Source of the DNA: a virus
Length of the DNA stretch: 64,000 nt
Strand: one strand, 5' to 3'
IMG/VR virus record: IMGVR_UViG_3300037258_000358
Coordinates: 3,840 to 67,839 of that record
The position numbers were made by a program, and so were the translations under genes. The first letter of the stretch is position 1. Every line of letters starts with the position of its first letter. Below the pieces are notes generated by a model. That model was given only the letters and a program-made list of their open reading frames with translations. It was not told where the DNA came from and made no database searches. Below are positions 1 to 9,311 of the stretch, piece after piece.

Positions 1-59
1 TGATCCGGGCCGACGATCCCTATTCGTCATGCAGCGCCCGGGGGCTGAACGTCACCTCC

Positions 60-1040
60 ATGATGACGGCCCGGGTTCTTCGCCAGAAGGGAGCTGATTG
101 CGATATCTGGCATTGCCCGGATGCCCGGGAAGTGATGCTGAAGCTGCGGCGCGAGGAACCGCGCCAGCGCCGGCCGATCACGCACGTCGTCATCAATACG
201 CCCGGCTTCGTCCCCCCGGACGCCTTCGGGGAACTGGCCACCACATGGCCCAACGTCCAGTTCGTCATGCTCAACCACACGGGCCTGGCGTATCTCTCCA
301 TCGACCCGGACGGCTGGCAGAACATCCGCGCCCTGCTCGACATGCAGGCCATGCTCGACAACGTCCATGTGGCCGGGAACAACCCGCGCTTCTGCGCCTC
401 GATCAAGGCCGGGTTCGGCAAGCGGACGCTGCTTCTGCCCAACCTGTTCGACCTCGAGCAATTCAAGCCGCTGCGCCCCAAGCGCCGGTCCTATGCTCCA
501 TTGCGGATCGGGTCCTTCGCCGAGGGGCGGCCATGGAAGAACCAGCTGGCCGCGGCTCAGGGCGCGCTTTCCATCGCCCGCGCGCTGGGCGTCCCGCTGG
601 AACTCTACGTCAACGATGAGCATCCCCACGACAATTGGGACCGCGTCGGACTCATCCGCGCAAGGCGCGAACTATTCCGCGGCTTGCCCTGGGCGACGCT
701 CGTCCCCGTGACCTGGCAACCCTGGCACGCCTTCCTCCACACCGTCGAGGCGATGGACCTGATGCTCTATCCCTCGTTCGACGAGTCGTTCGGTATGGTC
801 CCGGCCGATGGCATCGCCATGGGCGTCCCCTGCGTCACGGCGCCGTCGCTGGAATGGACGCCGCGGTCCTGGCAGGCGCTCGAGCCGTTCGACCCGGCCT
901 CTATCGCCAGAACGGGTCTCAGGCTCCTTCGCCATCGGCGCTGCGCCCTGTGGTCCGGGCGCCGGGCCCTGAAGCGCTATGTCCATGCCGGCGCGCGCAC
1001 GTGGCTGCGCTTCTTGGGTTCGGGACGCCGACTCAGCTAA
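60..1040 (+). CDS. Glycosyltransferase, GT-B/GT4-like (may extend 5' of the window)
   Basis: C-terminal MDLMLYPSFDESFGMVPADGIAMGVPCV matches the GT4 E-x7-E/D signature; WKNQ motif. Confidence 0.8.
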   Translation: MMTARVLRQKGADCDIWHCPDAREVMLKLRREEPRQRRPITHVVINTPGFVPPDAFGELATTWPNVQFVMLNHTGLAYLSIDPDGWQNIRALLDMQAMLDNVHVAGNNPRFCASIKAGFGKRTLLLPNLFDLEQFKPLRPKRRSYAPLRIGSFAEGRPWKNQLAAAQGALSIARALGVPLELYVNDEHPHDNWDRVGLIRARRELFRGLPWATLVPVTWQPWHAFLHTVEAMDLMLYPSFDESFGMVPADGIAMGVPCVTAPSLEWTPRSWQALEPFDPASIARTGLRLLRHRRCALWSGRRALKRYVHAGARTWLRFLGSGRRLS

Positions 1041-1062
1041 TCCAGTCAGACAGGAGACGCCC

Positions 1063-1851
1063 ATGCCCAATCTCGCCCTTGGCCGCAAACCCCGGACCTT
1101 CAGACCCTCGATCCCGCATATGTCCGCGCTGATCTCCGGTCGAAAGCTGGCGCCGATCCCGACGTCGGCCGACTGGCTGACTGCGCTGCCGAGCGCCCTG
1201 GGGGTCATGGGTAACGATTCTTTGGGGGACTGCACGTGCGCCGGCTTGGGTCATGCAATCCAGGTCTGGAGCGGCAATGCCGAAGGGGCCGTCATCACCA
1301 TCCCAGACAGTGACGTGCTCGAGATCTATGAGGACGCCTGCGGCTATGTGCCGGGCGATCCGTCCACGGACCAGGGCGGCGTCGAGCAGGATGTCCTGGC
1401 CTGGGCGCACAAGACCGGCATCCCCACGCCCGGAGGACCGGACAAGATCGCGGCCTTCGTCGAGATCGATGTCCGCAACCTCCATGACATCTGCCGGGGC
1501 ATCAACGAGTTCGGCCTCGTCTATATCGGCTTCAACGTCCCGGCCTATCTCATGGCCAACGGCCCTCCGCAGGTCTGGGATGTGAACCCGGTCGGCGATC
1601 AGACCATCGTCGGGGGACATTGCGTCGTCCTGCCGTCGTATGTGTTCACCCTGGCGCCCAACGGCTACATCTCCGAGGCGACCTTCGGCCTGATCTCCTG
1701 GGGCGAGAAATTCGCCATGACGGCGGCGTTCTTCCGCGCCTTCGTCGACGAGGCCTACGCCGTCGCCGATGCGCACTGGATCGAAGCGACCGGCGTCGAT
1801 CCGTTGGGCATGACCCTGGCGCAGCTCGAAGCGCAGATGAGGGCGCTGTGA
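1063..1851 (+). CDS. Papain-like cysteine peptidase (phage C1/C39-like)
   Basis: GNDSLGDCTCAG (Cys), GGHCVVL (His) and ISWG motifs; RBS AGGAG before ATG 1063. Confidence 0.7.
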   Translation: MPNLALGRKPRTFRPSIPHMSALISGRKLAPIPTSADWLTALPSALGVMGNDSLGDCTCAGLGHAIQVWSGNAEGAVITIPDSDVLEIYEDACGYVPGDPSTDQGGVEQDVLAWAHKTGIPTPGGPDKIAAFVEIDVRNLHDICRGINEFGLVYIGFNVPAYLMANGPPQVWDVNPVGDQTIVGGHCVVLPSYVFTLAPNGYISEATFGLISWGEKFAMTAAFFRAFVDEAYAVADAHWIEATGVDPLGMTLAQLEAQMRAL

Positions 1852-2041
1852 AAGAGCTGCTGGCGGGAGTCGGGATCGCCATCCTGCTCCTGGCCATCAG
1901 CGCCGGATCCTCGTGTTCGTGGATCTGCAACGACTTCGGCCGGACGAACGACTGTCCCGCCTCGCACAAGACCAAGCCGCACAGAGCCTTGACGCCCGGC
2001 GAGGTCTAGGACTCCCATCGTCGCCACGTCAGACTTGGCCA

Positions 2042-2305
2042 ATGGCCGATTCAGCCGAGGTATCTGTCGATTGCTCGGAAGCCGCCCAGGTCGTCGCCGA
2101 GATGCGTCTGTGGAACGGGCGCACGTCGGAGCTGCCGACGTTCCTGCGCGCCGAGTTCCTCGCCGTGTCGACGCTCCCGGCCGATGATCTGATGATCGTC
2201 GAGGTCGACAGCGGTAAGCGCGATATTGCGCTCCGGATGTCCGGCAGGCTCAGCGTCTTGATGGCCAATCTCCGCGCCCAGCGCGCCGCGCGAGACGGCC
2301 TGTGA
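2042..2305 (+). CDS. Hypothetical protein
   Basis: ORF MADSAEVSVDC..., stop overlaps the start of the next gene. Confidence 0.45.
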   Translation: MADSAEVSVDCSEAAQVVAEMRLWNGRTSELPTFLRAEFLAVSTLPADDLMIVEVDSGKRDIALRMSGRLSVLMANLRAQRAARDGL

Positions 2306-2820
2306 CCCTGATTGAGATTTGCGCCGTGGCCGGGGCAGTCGGCGGCGTCGTGTCGCCGACAGCCGTAGTGGTGGGCCTGATGGTCCAAGCGCGGTCTACC
2401 GAGAGGGTTCGGATCGCGGCAGAGGCGAAGCGCCAGACGGCCCTCGAAAAGGCTGACGCCAGCGTCCTGGCCATGGTGGAGGGCCAAACCGCGGCGCTCA
2501 GGGACCTGACGGCCCAGATGGCGCGGTCCAATGACGAGCGAGAGAAGCACGAGGTCGAATGCTCCGGGCGATGGGGCGCGGCCGACGCGAAGATGGAAGT
2601 ATTGGTCGAGCGCGGCCGCGACGTCGTCGGCCTGGCGGAAAAGGTCGGGGCGTTCGGCGCCGACCAGGCCCACAACAAGGCCCTTCTGGAGCGCGGCCAG
2701 GGACGGTTCGACGAAGCGTTCCGCGCCCTGGGCAACCTGACCGAGGGCATAGGCGCGCTGCAGAAGGGGATGACGGCCATCGAGGACCGCCTTAGCACCG
2801 GGCGCCGCACCAAGCCGTAG
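2302..2820 (+). CDS. Membrane-anchored coiled-coil protein (lysis-region type)
   Basis: N-terminal hydrophobic helix followed by coiled coil. Confidence 0.5.
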   Translation: MTLIEICAVAGAVGGVVSPTAVVVGLMVQARSTERVRIAAEAKRQTALEKADASVLAMVEGQTAALRDLTAQMARSNDEREKHEVECSGRWGAADAKMEVLVERGRDVVGLAEKVGAFGADQAHNKALLERGQGRFDEAFRALGNLTEGIGALQKGMTAIEDRLSTGRRTKP

Positions 2821-2835
2821 ACAGGACCATGCGCT

Positions 2836-3411
2836 TCAGGTCGGCGGCAACGTCGAGAGCCACGCCTGAACCCGCGCCTTGGCAGTATCGGCGTATTTCT
2901 TTCGACCCGAGGCCGGGACCGCCATGTACTGGCTGACCGCGTTCTGCATGGAGACGGCAGAGCGCCCCGTTGCACGGCTCGCCATGGCGGCCGCAGCCGA
3001 CAGGGAGATACCGAAGAAGGCGCCGATCGCCACAAGCAGGATCTGCGCCGCCTGGATCCCGACGATATAGGCTGTCGGAATGCCGGGGATGTTCTCGACC
3101 AGCGAGAAGGCCTCGTTCAGCAAGCTGAGAAGCGCCTGGGCCGTGGAAGCAGCGCCCGTGGCCGATGTCAGCGCCGCGAAGGCTTGTTCCGCCGTCTCCA
3201 CGTCACTGAGGACAGTATTCAGCTGCGTGGTGAGCGCCGGATCGAGCGTCTCGACGAGCGGTACGACCTTGGCCAACGCCGCGACGGCCGTGGCCGCATA
3301 GCCCTGGACATCGGCCAGGGCAGTTCCAGTCGAGCATCCGCCCAGCAGAAAGAGCGGCGCTGTGGCGAGCGCACCTAGCAACGCGGAGCGCCGGCTGGTG
3401 GGAAATCTCAT
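2836..3411 (-). CDS. Predicted lipoprotein with twin-arginine-like signal
   Basis: MRFPTSRRSALLGALATAPLFLLGG-C: SRRxxL motif plus lipobox; RBS GAAAGGA. Confidence 0.65.
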   Translation of the reverse strand: MRFPTSRRSALLGALATAPLFLLGGCSTGTALADVQGYAATAVAALAKVVPLVETLDPALTTQLNTVLSDVETAEQAFAALTSATGAASTAQALLSLLNEAFSLVENIPGIPTAYIVGIQAAQILLVAIGAFFGISLSAAAAMASRATGRSAVSMQNAVSQYMAVPASGRKKYADTAKARVQAWLSTLPPT

Positions 3412-3444
3412 GGGAAATCCTTTCAGAAAGGGAGGGGGAAGTGG

Positions 3445-3762
3445 TCAGGCCGCTGGCGCCGTGCCCGGGGCTGGTAGCGCGCCGCTTTTGGTCATGGCCT
3501 TCACGACCTCCGGCGGAATCGGCCCCTCGGGAGGCGCGGTGTAGAGCGCGACCTTGGCGGCCAGTTTCGCCTGGCTCGCGGGCGTGACGACGGCCCGCAG
3601 GATGGCCACAAACACGGACCACAGTGCGGCGACGGCCGCAATCGTGGTCGCCGGAATGCTGAAATGGATAGCCGCGGCGAGCGCGATGATGGCGGCGCCC
3701 AGGTTGGTGAAGATGACGGGCTCGCCGTCGATGAGCGCCAGCAGGCGTTGAAGGTAGGTCAT
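3445..3762 (-). CDS. Holin-like small membrane protein
   Basis: 105 aa, two hydrophobic segments, EPV...RAVVTP pattern typical of phage holins. Confidence 0.55.
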   Translation of the reverse strand: MTYLQRLLALIDGEPVIFTNLGAAIIALAAAIHFSIPATTIAAVAALWSVFVAILRAVVTPASQAKLAAKVALYTAPPEGPIPPEVVKAMTKSGALPAPGTAPAA

Positions 3763-3930
3763 TCTGGTCCCCCGATAGGTGCGAAAATGATGAGCGAGTG
3801 TCCGCTTCGACGGCGCGAATGTCCATCGCCGCGAAATTGGCCGTTCCAGGGGCGTCCGCGGCGCGCCTGCCGGGGCGCCCTCCGCGACCGCCCGTTGGAG
3901 CGTCGGAAAGGAAAGGGGCGCCCACGGCGC

Positions 3931-4956
3931 TTATTTCGGCGCGACGTCGAGATAAGCCTTTATGAAGGCGCACGCTGTTTCCGCGTCGAGAGCATCGCCA
4001 TAACCGCGCAGTCGTCCCATACGCGCGGGAGACGCATCAACCAGCGGGCATGCGCCGGGTTCAACCGGGCGCCAACGGCCGTCTCGGCAGAAGAGCCAAT
4101 CAGCGCCGGGCCCTGGTGGATCACTTGGTTGTTGAGCTGTTCGCCCTTCTTCTCCCCGCCACGGGACGCGAATGATTCCAAATTGGGCGTCCGATAGTCG
4201 CGTTCGCTCGGCGTCGCCCAACCGGTCAGACGCGACGTGTCCTCCAGATAGAGCACTACCGTGTTGTGGCCGTCTGATTTCCGGTACAGCCGCACCTTCT
4301 CCAGTGTGTCCGGAGACCTCGAACGGTTCTGCGTATCTGGCGTCGGCCAGCCCGCGAAGGCCACGACCTGCTCGAGCGTCACGGTCGCCTTGGAACCGTC
4401 TGGTCGTTGGCCAGACGCCGTCGTTCCAGGGGGCACGCTCTGCCCACCGCTCGGCGTCGTTGGCGTCGGCCACCCAGAGGAATCGTTGTCGGATGTGGTA
4501 AGCGCGGAAGCCCGCAGCCGATAGATCAGCCGCCCCGAAGGCGTAGCCGATGCCTTCCAGGTCAGCCGATACAAGATCGATCCAGGCATCTGCGTTCGCA
4601 ACCTGTTCACCAAAGATGTTGCCAGGCCTGCGCTCGCCGATGAGCCGAAACCATGGCGGCCAAAGGTGGCGCGGGTCTTCGAAGCCTTGGCGCTTGCCGG
4701 CGGCGCTGAATGGCTGGCAGGGGCATGAACCGGTCCAAACAGGTCGGTCGTCTGGCCATCCGGCGCGTCGGAGGGCGTAACTCCAGACTCCGATGCCAGC
4801 GAAGAAGTGGCATTGGACAAAGCCATCGAGGTCGCTGGGCTGGACTTCCTGGATCGGTCTTTCATCGACGACCCCCGGAGCGATGGCGCCGGCTTCGATC
4901 AGGCTGCGGAGCCACGCCGCTTTCTTGCGGTCGTTCTCGTTGTACCACGCAGTCAA
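3931..4956 (-). CDS. C5-cytosine DNA methyltransferase, alpha polypeptide
   Basis: FFAGIG (motif I), GSCPCQPFS (IV), EQV (VI), HIRQR (VIII), RLRGYGDAL (X); TTG start at 4956 overlaps the upstream stop. Confidence 0.85.
   Translation of the reverse strand: MTAWYNENDRKKAAWLRSLIEAGAIAPGVVDERPIQEVQPSDLDGFVQCHFFAGIGVWSYALRRAGWPDDRPVWTGSCPCQPFSAAGKRQGFEDPRHLWPPWFRLIGERRPGNIFGEQVANADAWIDLVSADLEGIGYAFGAADLSAAGFRAYHIRQRFLWVADANDAERWAERAPWNDGVWPTTRRFQGDRDARAGRGLRGLADARYAEPFEVSGHTGEGAAVPEIRRPQHGSALSGGHVASDRLGDAERTRLSDAQFGIIRVPWRGEEGRTAQQPSDPPGPGADWLFCRDGRWRPVEPGACPLVDASPARMGRLRGYGDALDAETACAFIKAYLDVAPK
3960..4865 (-). CDS. Alternative-frame beta polypeptide of the C5 methyltransferase (true start may be internal)
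   Basis: 301-codon ORF nested in another frame; WPTP/WATP repeats; C-terminal RLNPAHARWLMRLPRVWD resembles motif IX, which the alpha frame lacks. Confidence 0.7.
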   Translation of the reverse strand: MKDRSRKSSPATSMALSNATSSLASESGVTPSDAPDGQTTDLFGPVHAPASHSAPPASAKASKTRATFGRHGFGSSASAGLATSLVNRLRTQMPGSILYRLTWKASATPSGRLIYRLRASALTTSDNDSSGWPTPTTPSGGQSVPPGTTASGQRPDGSKATVTLEQVVAFAGWPTPDTQNRSRSPDTLEKVRLYRKSDGHNTVVLYLEDTSRLTGWATPSERDYRTPNLESFASRGGEKKGEQLNNQVIHQGPALIGSSAETAVGARLNPAHARWLMRLPRVWDDCAVMAMLSTRKQRAPS

Positions 4957-5234
4957 TTCTTGACGTGCGCGTCGGCTTCGGCCTGCGCTTCCGCCGCCTC
5001 GGCCGAGCGCAGGATCGCATCGACCACGCCGCCGACGGATGGATAGAGGATGGCCAGGATCGGCCGGGGCGCCCGTACGCAGGTCATATGTTTGATGTGA
5101 TAGCGGATGACGGCATGGAGCGCGCCCGAACAGATGACCTCTGGCGAGATGCCACGGCTCTCGGCGTGGGCGAGCATCAGGGAGACAGCCTGGTCGGTCG
5201 CGGCCGCCTCGGCTTGGTACTGGAGATCGCTCAT
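4953..5234 (-). CDS. Hypothetical protein
   Basis: 93-aa ORF translationally coupled on both sides. Confidence 0.55.
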   Translation of the reverse strand: MSDLQYQAEAAATDQAVSLMLAHAESRGISPEVICSGALHAVIRYHIKHMTCVRAPRPILAILYPSVGGVVDAILRSAEAAEAQAEADAHVKN

Positions 5235-6757
5235 TCGTCCGGGGCCGATGCGTTGCGGATGTCGACCACAGCATCGGCGATAGGATCCTCCAACTCAAGA
5301 TACGTCCGGGTCCGCGCGAGGGCGCGGAAGGATTTGCGCACGTCGGCCGGCGCGGCCTGTTGCGCCCAGGCCATGAAATACATCGGGTCGTGCTCCGGGT
5401 TGACCTTCATCTTCTCGACGGCCGCGCGGTTGTAGGCGAGCGAGAGCGTGCGCTTCTGGTCCCCTGCATCGAAGGCCTGGAATTCGCCGCTCTCGATCAG
5501 GTCGTAGATTTGCCGGGCGATCGTCGGCCAGTCGGGCGCCCGCATGATGATCTCGCGCCACTCGACTACGGGCGCTTCCGCCCCATTGCCGCTTTTCGTC
5601 TCTTCCTGGATAGCCTCGGCCTCAGGCGTGCGGTGCGCCTCTCCCTCGTCCGCCGGACGGTCGCCAGGGAAGGCGTCCTCTTCATTCGCCTGTGGCTTGT
5701 CGATCTCGCCAGCGCTCGTAGCCTCGGACTGCGCTGGCTGGCCAGAGGCTTCCTCCGCTGAAACCTCCGACGCATCGGTCGCAGAGTCCGGCGTAGCGCT
5801 GTCCGCCTCCGCAGTGTGGGCAGCGCTCTCGGAAGGGTCCGGCTGAGGATCTTCGACCTCCGCCTCGACCTCATCGCCGACCACGGACTGGCGCAGTTCC
5901 TCGACGCGGAGACGCGCGGTCTCTTCGACCCACTGGCGATTTTCGTCGTCGAGGGCCTCGATCCATTTCTCGTCGCCCCGGAGAATATCGGCGATGTCCG
6001 CGCCGGTCTCCGCGTGACGCAGGGCCGTGACGAGGGCCGTGACAGCTTGGACCAGTTCAGGCCCCTCTTCAGCGACTCCCGCTGCTTTGGCGCTCTCCGC
6101 CTCCGCCTTCGGCGCATTCAGGCGAGCCGCGAGGCCCGATGTCTGGCGCCCGTTATCGCGAGCCGGAAGGACTTCGAAATCCCTGACCTCTTCGGCGATG
6201 GACGTTCCGCGCAGGACATCGGCCGCCCCGTCCCGACAGGCGAATCCCCGGGCGCGCATCTGGAGCATCCGCCTCTTCGCGGTCTGCCAGGGGCCGTCCT
6301 TGGACCAGAGTTTCGCCTCCTTGGCCTGAAACACCGAGAACGTCCGCTCGATCTCTTCGCCGTCTGGGCGCGTCACCCGGCAATGAGCGGTCATGTCGTC
6401 CGGGTAGGCGTCGCTCTCGTTGGCGAGCCACTCCTTGATCTTGAAGCGGTGTGCATAGAGCAACGCCGGGATGGCGTCCCCCCAGATCGTCAGCTGGTTG
6501 TTCACCATGTAGAAAGCGCGGATCGCCTGCATGGGCGGGAAGCCGAGTTCGGCGCCGGTGAGGATCGCCACCGTGCATTTCTCGGCGGTGTTCAGCGTCT
6601 TGGGCGCCAGATCGGCCCGGGCGATGGCGGTCCCCAGCCGGAAGGCGTCCTCGAGCGACCGCGGAAGGATGGCGGCCAGTTCGGCCCCGGCCATGAGCGG
6701 CTGCGCGGGCCGAACGGCGACTTCCTTGCGGTCTTCAGTTGCGGGTTGGTTGGTCAT
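5231..6757 (-). CDS. recT: RecT-family ssDNA annealing protein with long acidic linker and C-terminal domain
   Basis: AILTGAELGFPPMQA, GPWQTAKRRMLQMRARGFACRDGAADVLRG; follows the exonuclease gene. Confidence 0.8.
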   Translation of the reverse strand: MTNQPATEDRKEVAVRPAQPLMAGAELAAILPRSLEDAFRLGTAIARADLAPKTLNTAEKCTVAILTGAELGFPPMQAIRAFYMVNNQLTIWGDAIPALLYAHRFKIKEWLANESDAYPDDMTAHCRVTRPDGEEIERTFSVFQAKEAKLWSKDGPWQTAKRRMLQMRARGFACRDGAADVLRGTSIAEEVRDFEVLPARDNGRQTSGLAARLNAPKAEAESAKAAGVAEEGPELVQAVTALVTALRHAETGADIADILRGDEKWIEALDDENRQWVEETARLRVEELRQSVVGDEVEAEVEDPQPDPSESAAHTAEADSATPDSATDASEVSAEEASGQPAQSEATSAGEIDKPQANEEDAFPGDRPADEGEAHRTPEAEAIQEETKSGNGAEAPVVEWREIIMRAPDWPTIARQIYDLIESGEFQAFDAGDQKRTLSLAYNRAAVEKMKVNPEHDPMYFMAWAQQAAPADVRKSFRALARTRTYLELEDPIADAVVDIRNASAPDE

Positions 6758-7674
6758 ATCGCGGCCTCAGCCTCCATCATTTGCAGTTTCCGTTCGATCT
6801 TCGAGCGCTGCCAAGGCGGCATCTCGACGAATTCGGCGTCGCGCTGGTTGCCGCCCGGCCCTGGCCAATGGCCCTCGTCCATGCATCGCTTCATGAGCCG
6901 TAGCGACGCAGCGACCTGCCGGTCTCCCAATTCGATATCGGCCGGCTTCAGGGTGCGCACCCGGCAGCAATAGGGCGGCTTGGTCTCGACGAACACCGTG
7001 GAGAAGGATTGCATCTCCATGCCGAGGATCTGTTTGAAGGCGCGGGCGATCATCGCCGCCTGCATGTTGATCCCGGTATCGCCGATGGCCTTTTCGATCC
7101 ATTCGTCAGTCACGGACGCGGCGGTTTTCAGATCGGTGACATCGGCGCTGTCGTTGGGCAGCGAGTCGGGCCTGACCTTCAGCCAGATCCCGGTTTCCTC
7201 GTCCAGACAGATCATCGTGTGTTCGATCAGCCCCCCGAGGGCGCCGTTCCGAACCAGGGCGTTCTGCGCCAGACTGGCGGCCATGCCGTCGATGGCCTCG
7301 GTATGCTTGGGCTCGATGACCTGCATGCCTTCAACTTGTTTCTCAGCCCGCCACGCCTTCGCTTCCTTCGTCCGCCAGGAGTCGAACTTGTCGGGGCGCA
7401 CGACGAAATGCTCTTCGAAATAGCGCTGGCCCAGGATCAGGTGATGCGCAGCTTGGCCCAGGATCATCGCCTCGCTGGGATCGTCCTCTTCCCGGTTCGG
7501 GTTCAGATAGAGCTTCAGATAAGCATGCGCCGGGCTGTCTTCGAAGATCGTGTGGAGAACTGATCGGGAGGCGCTGGGCGTCGCGGTGAGTTGGCCATGA
7601 TATACGTCCATTCCGACGTCCGAATAGACGCCCGGGGCATTCAGAGGCCGATGGCGGAAGGGGATGATGTCCAT
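6754..7674 (-). CDS. RecE/exonuclease VIII-like PD-(D/E)xK nuclease
   Basis: YH...SRS, GQAAHHLIL, KVRPD...DLKT, QAAM motifs. Confidence 0.8.
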   Translation of the reverse strand: MDIIPFRHRPLNAPGVYSDVGMDVYHGQLTATPSASRSVLHTIFEDSPAHAYLKLYLNPNREEDDPSEAMILGQAAHHLILGQRYFEEHFVVRPDKFDSWRTKEAKAWRAEKQVEGMQVIEPKHTEAIDGMAASLAQNALVRNGALGGLIEHTMICLDEETGIWLKVRPDSLPNDSADVTDLKTAASVTDEWIEKAIGDTGINMQAAMIARAFKQILGMEMQSFSTVFVETKPPYCCRVRTLKPADIELGDRQVAASLRLMKRCMDEGHWPGPGGNQRDAEFVEMPPWQRSKIERKLQMMEAEAAI

Positions 7675-7676
7675 GG

Positions 7677-8972
7677 TCACTCTGCGGCTTGCTGAAGCGC
7701 GACGCGGCCGTCTTCGATGACGATCACCCCCGCACGGCCCGAGGCAACCGTCTCGATCCAAACCTGCAGGTCCTCGGTCGCGGCGAATTGCGCCAGAAGC
7801 GCCATGCTGTCGTTGTCGAGCAGGGAGCCGTCGCGCACCCGGATGATCCGGAGCTTCGGGTTCATGGCCGCAGCGATGGCGATGGAAACGCGCAACTGCT
7901 CGGCGTCCGACGCCTGATCAAGCGGAAGGCCATTGAAGGTCACGCCGTCCTCGGAAAGCCCAAGGCCATCGACCGGCAACTTCGCCTGAGCGATGGCCTC
8001 GGTCCTGATTCGTTCTCTGTTCGCCATCTGTTCGGTGAGCAGTCTGGATTTGGCCTCCAGTTCGGCCGCCTCTTCCTCCAGGCCGACCTTGGCGAGCCGC
8101 GATCCCTCGACGGCGTTGAACCGACGCGCCTTGTCGATCTCCGCGCTGAGGGCCTGCGTGTCGATAGGGTCGTCGAGGGGCTTGGCGTTGGATACAGCCT
8201 CGTTTCGCTTGCCGACCCGGGCCTGGAGTTCATCCACCTCTTTCGCCAGAGAAGCGGCCTGCGCAAGCAGATCGTCCGCCCTGTCGCGTTTCTCATCGGC
8301 CAGATTGACCAGAGCCAGTGTGTCACGCTCATAGGAAAGCCGTTGCTCCCGGAGCGTGGCGATCTTGGCATTGTGGTCGCTGGCGCCCGTCAGTCTGGCG
8401 AGCAGATCATCGAGCGGCGCGGACGGCTCTTCGATCTCCGCTAGGGTGATCGCGGCCGCCCTGGCCTTCGTGCTTTCAGCCTGGCGGTTGATGTCGCGCC
8501 GGTTGTCGAAATCGGCCTTGTTGGATTGGGCGATGGCGTCGAAGTCCACACCCGGGACAAGCCGCTGGAGGTCGCGAAGCTGGTCCTTGCCGTCCTTCTG
8601 CATGAAGTCGAGCGGATCGAATGTAAGAGAACCGACGAGGCCGTTCAGGATTTCCTGCGGCTTGGGATAGCGCGCGCCATCCTCGCTCTCGACAACGAGG
8701 GAGGTGGTGAAGCCGCCATCTTCCTGGGCGTTGAACGTGCGCCGGATCTTGAGCTGGCCCATGTCCAGGCGGATCACGGCCCTTTCCTCGCCGGCCCGGA
8801 TCGGCCGCGTCGGAATCCGGCGCTCGCCGGCCAGGGCATAGAAGATGGAATCGAGGATCGAGGTCTTTCCGGCCCCGTTCTTGCCCGTGATCTCGACGAT
8901 GTTGCCCTCAGGCGTGATCTCCACCGCCGACAAACGCTTCACGTTCTCGGCTTCGAGCCGGATGATTTTCAT
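7677..8972 (-). CDS. SMC/SbcC-like AAA ATPase
   Basis: MKIIRLEAENVKRL, Walker A GKNGAGKTS, coiled coil, ASDAEQ signature, RDGSLLD. Confidence 0.85.
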   Translation of the reverse strand: MKIIRLEAENVKRLSAVEITPEGNIVEITGKNGAGKTSILDSIFYALAGERRIPTRPIRAGEERAVIRLDMGQLKIRRTFNAQEDGGFTTSLVVESEDGARYPKPQEILNGLVGSLTFDPLDFMQKDGKDQLRDLQRLVPGVDFDAIAQSNKADFDNRRDINRQAESTKARAAAITLAEIEEPSAPLDDLLARLTGASDHNAKIATLREQRLSYERDTLALVNLADEKRDRADDLLAQAASLAKEVDELQARVGKRNEAVSNAKPLDDPIDTQALSAEIDKARRFNAVEGSRLAKVGLEEEAAELEAKSRLLTEQMANRERIRTEAIAQAKLPVDGLGLSEDGVTFNGLPLDQASDAEQLRVSIAIAAAMNPKLRIIRVRDGSLLDNDSMALLAQFAATEDLQVWIETVASGRAGVIVIEDGRVALQQAAE

Positions 8973-9038
8973 GGGATCGCCTTGGAATCGTCGAGGTCCG
9001 AAAAGTGTGGGCTCAAATAATTCCGTTGGCAAGCAGGA

Positions 9039-9311
9039 TTGCATGAGACGGTGGCCTATGGGATGTCTATTTCACGCCGACTCATGACCAAGCCGCTCAT
9101 CAATCCTCACCCGGAAGTGGCCGCTCTAGCTGACCATTGCTTCCGTGCGGGCGTGAATGTTCCGGACGTTCTGAGGCGCGCCAAGGTCGCCCCCTCGACC
9201 TGGATGCGCTGGCGTCGCGGAATGTCTCACTCGTCCTCGACGATGTTCGCCCTCAGAGCGGCGCTCGCCGAAATCATCAAGGAGAACGAATCCCATGCCC
9301 AAGCCGACTGA
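9039..9311 (+). CDS. Cro-like HTH protein
   Basis: VPDVLRRAKVAPSTWMRWRRG helix-turn-helix; first gene of a divergent unit; start uncertain. Confidence 0.6.
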   Translation: MHETVAYGMSISRRLMTKPLINPHPEVAALADHCFRAGVNVPDVLRRAKVAPSTWMRWRRGMSHSSSTMFALRAALAEIIKENESHAQAD

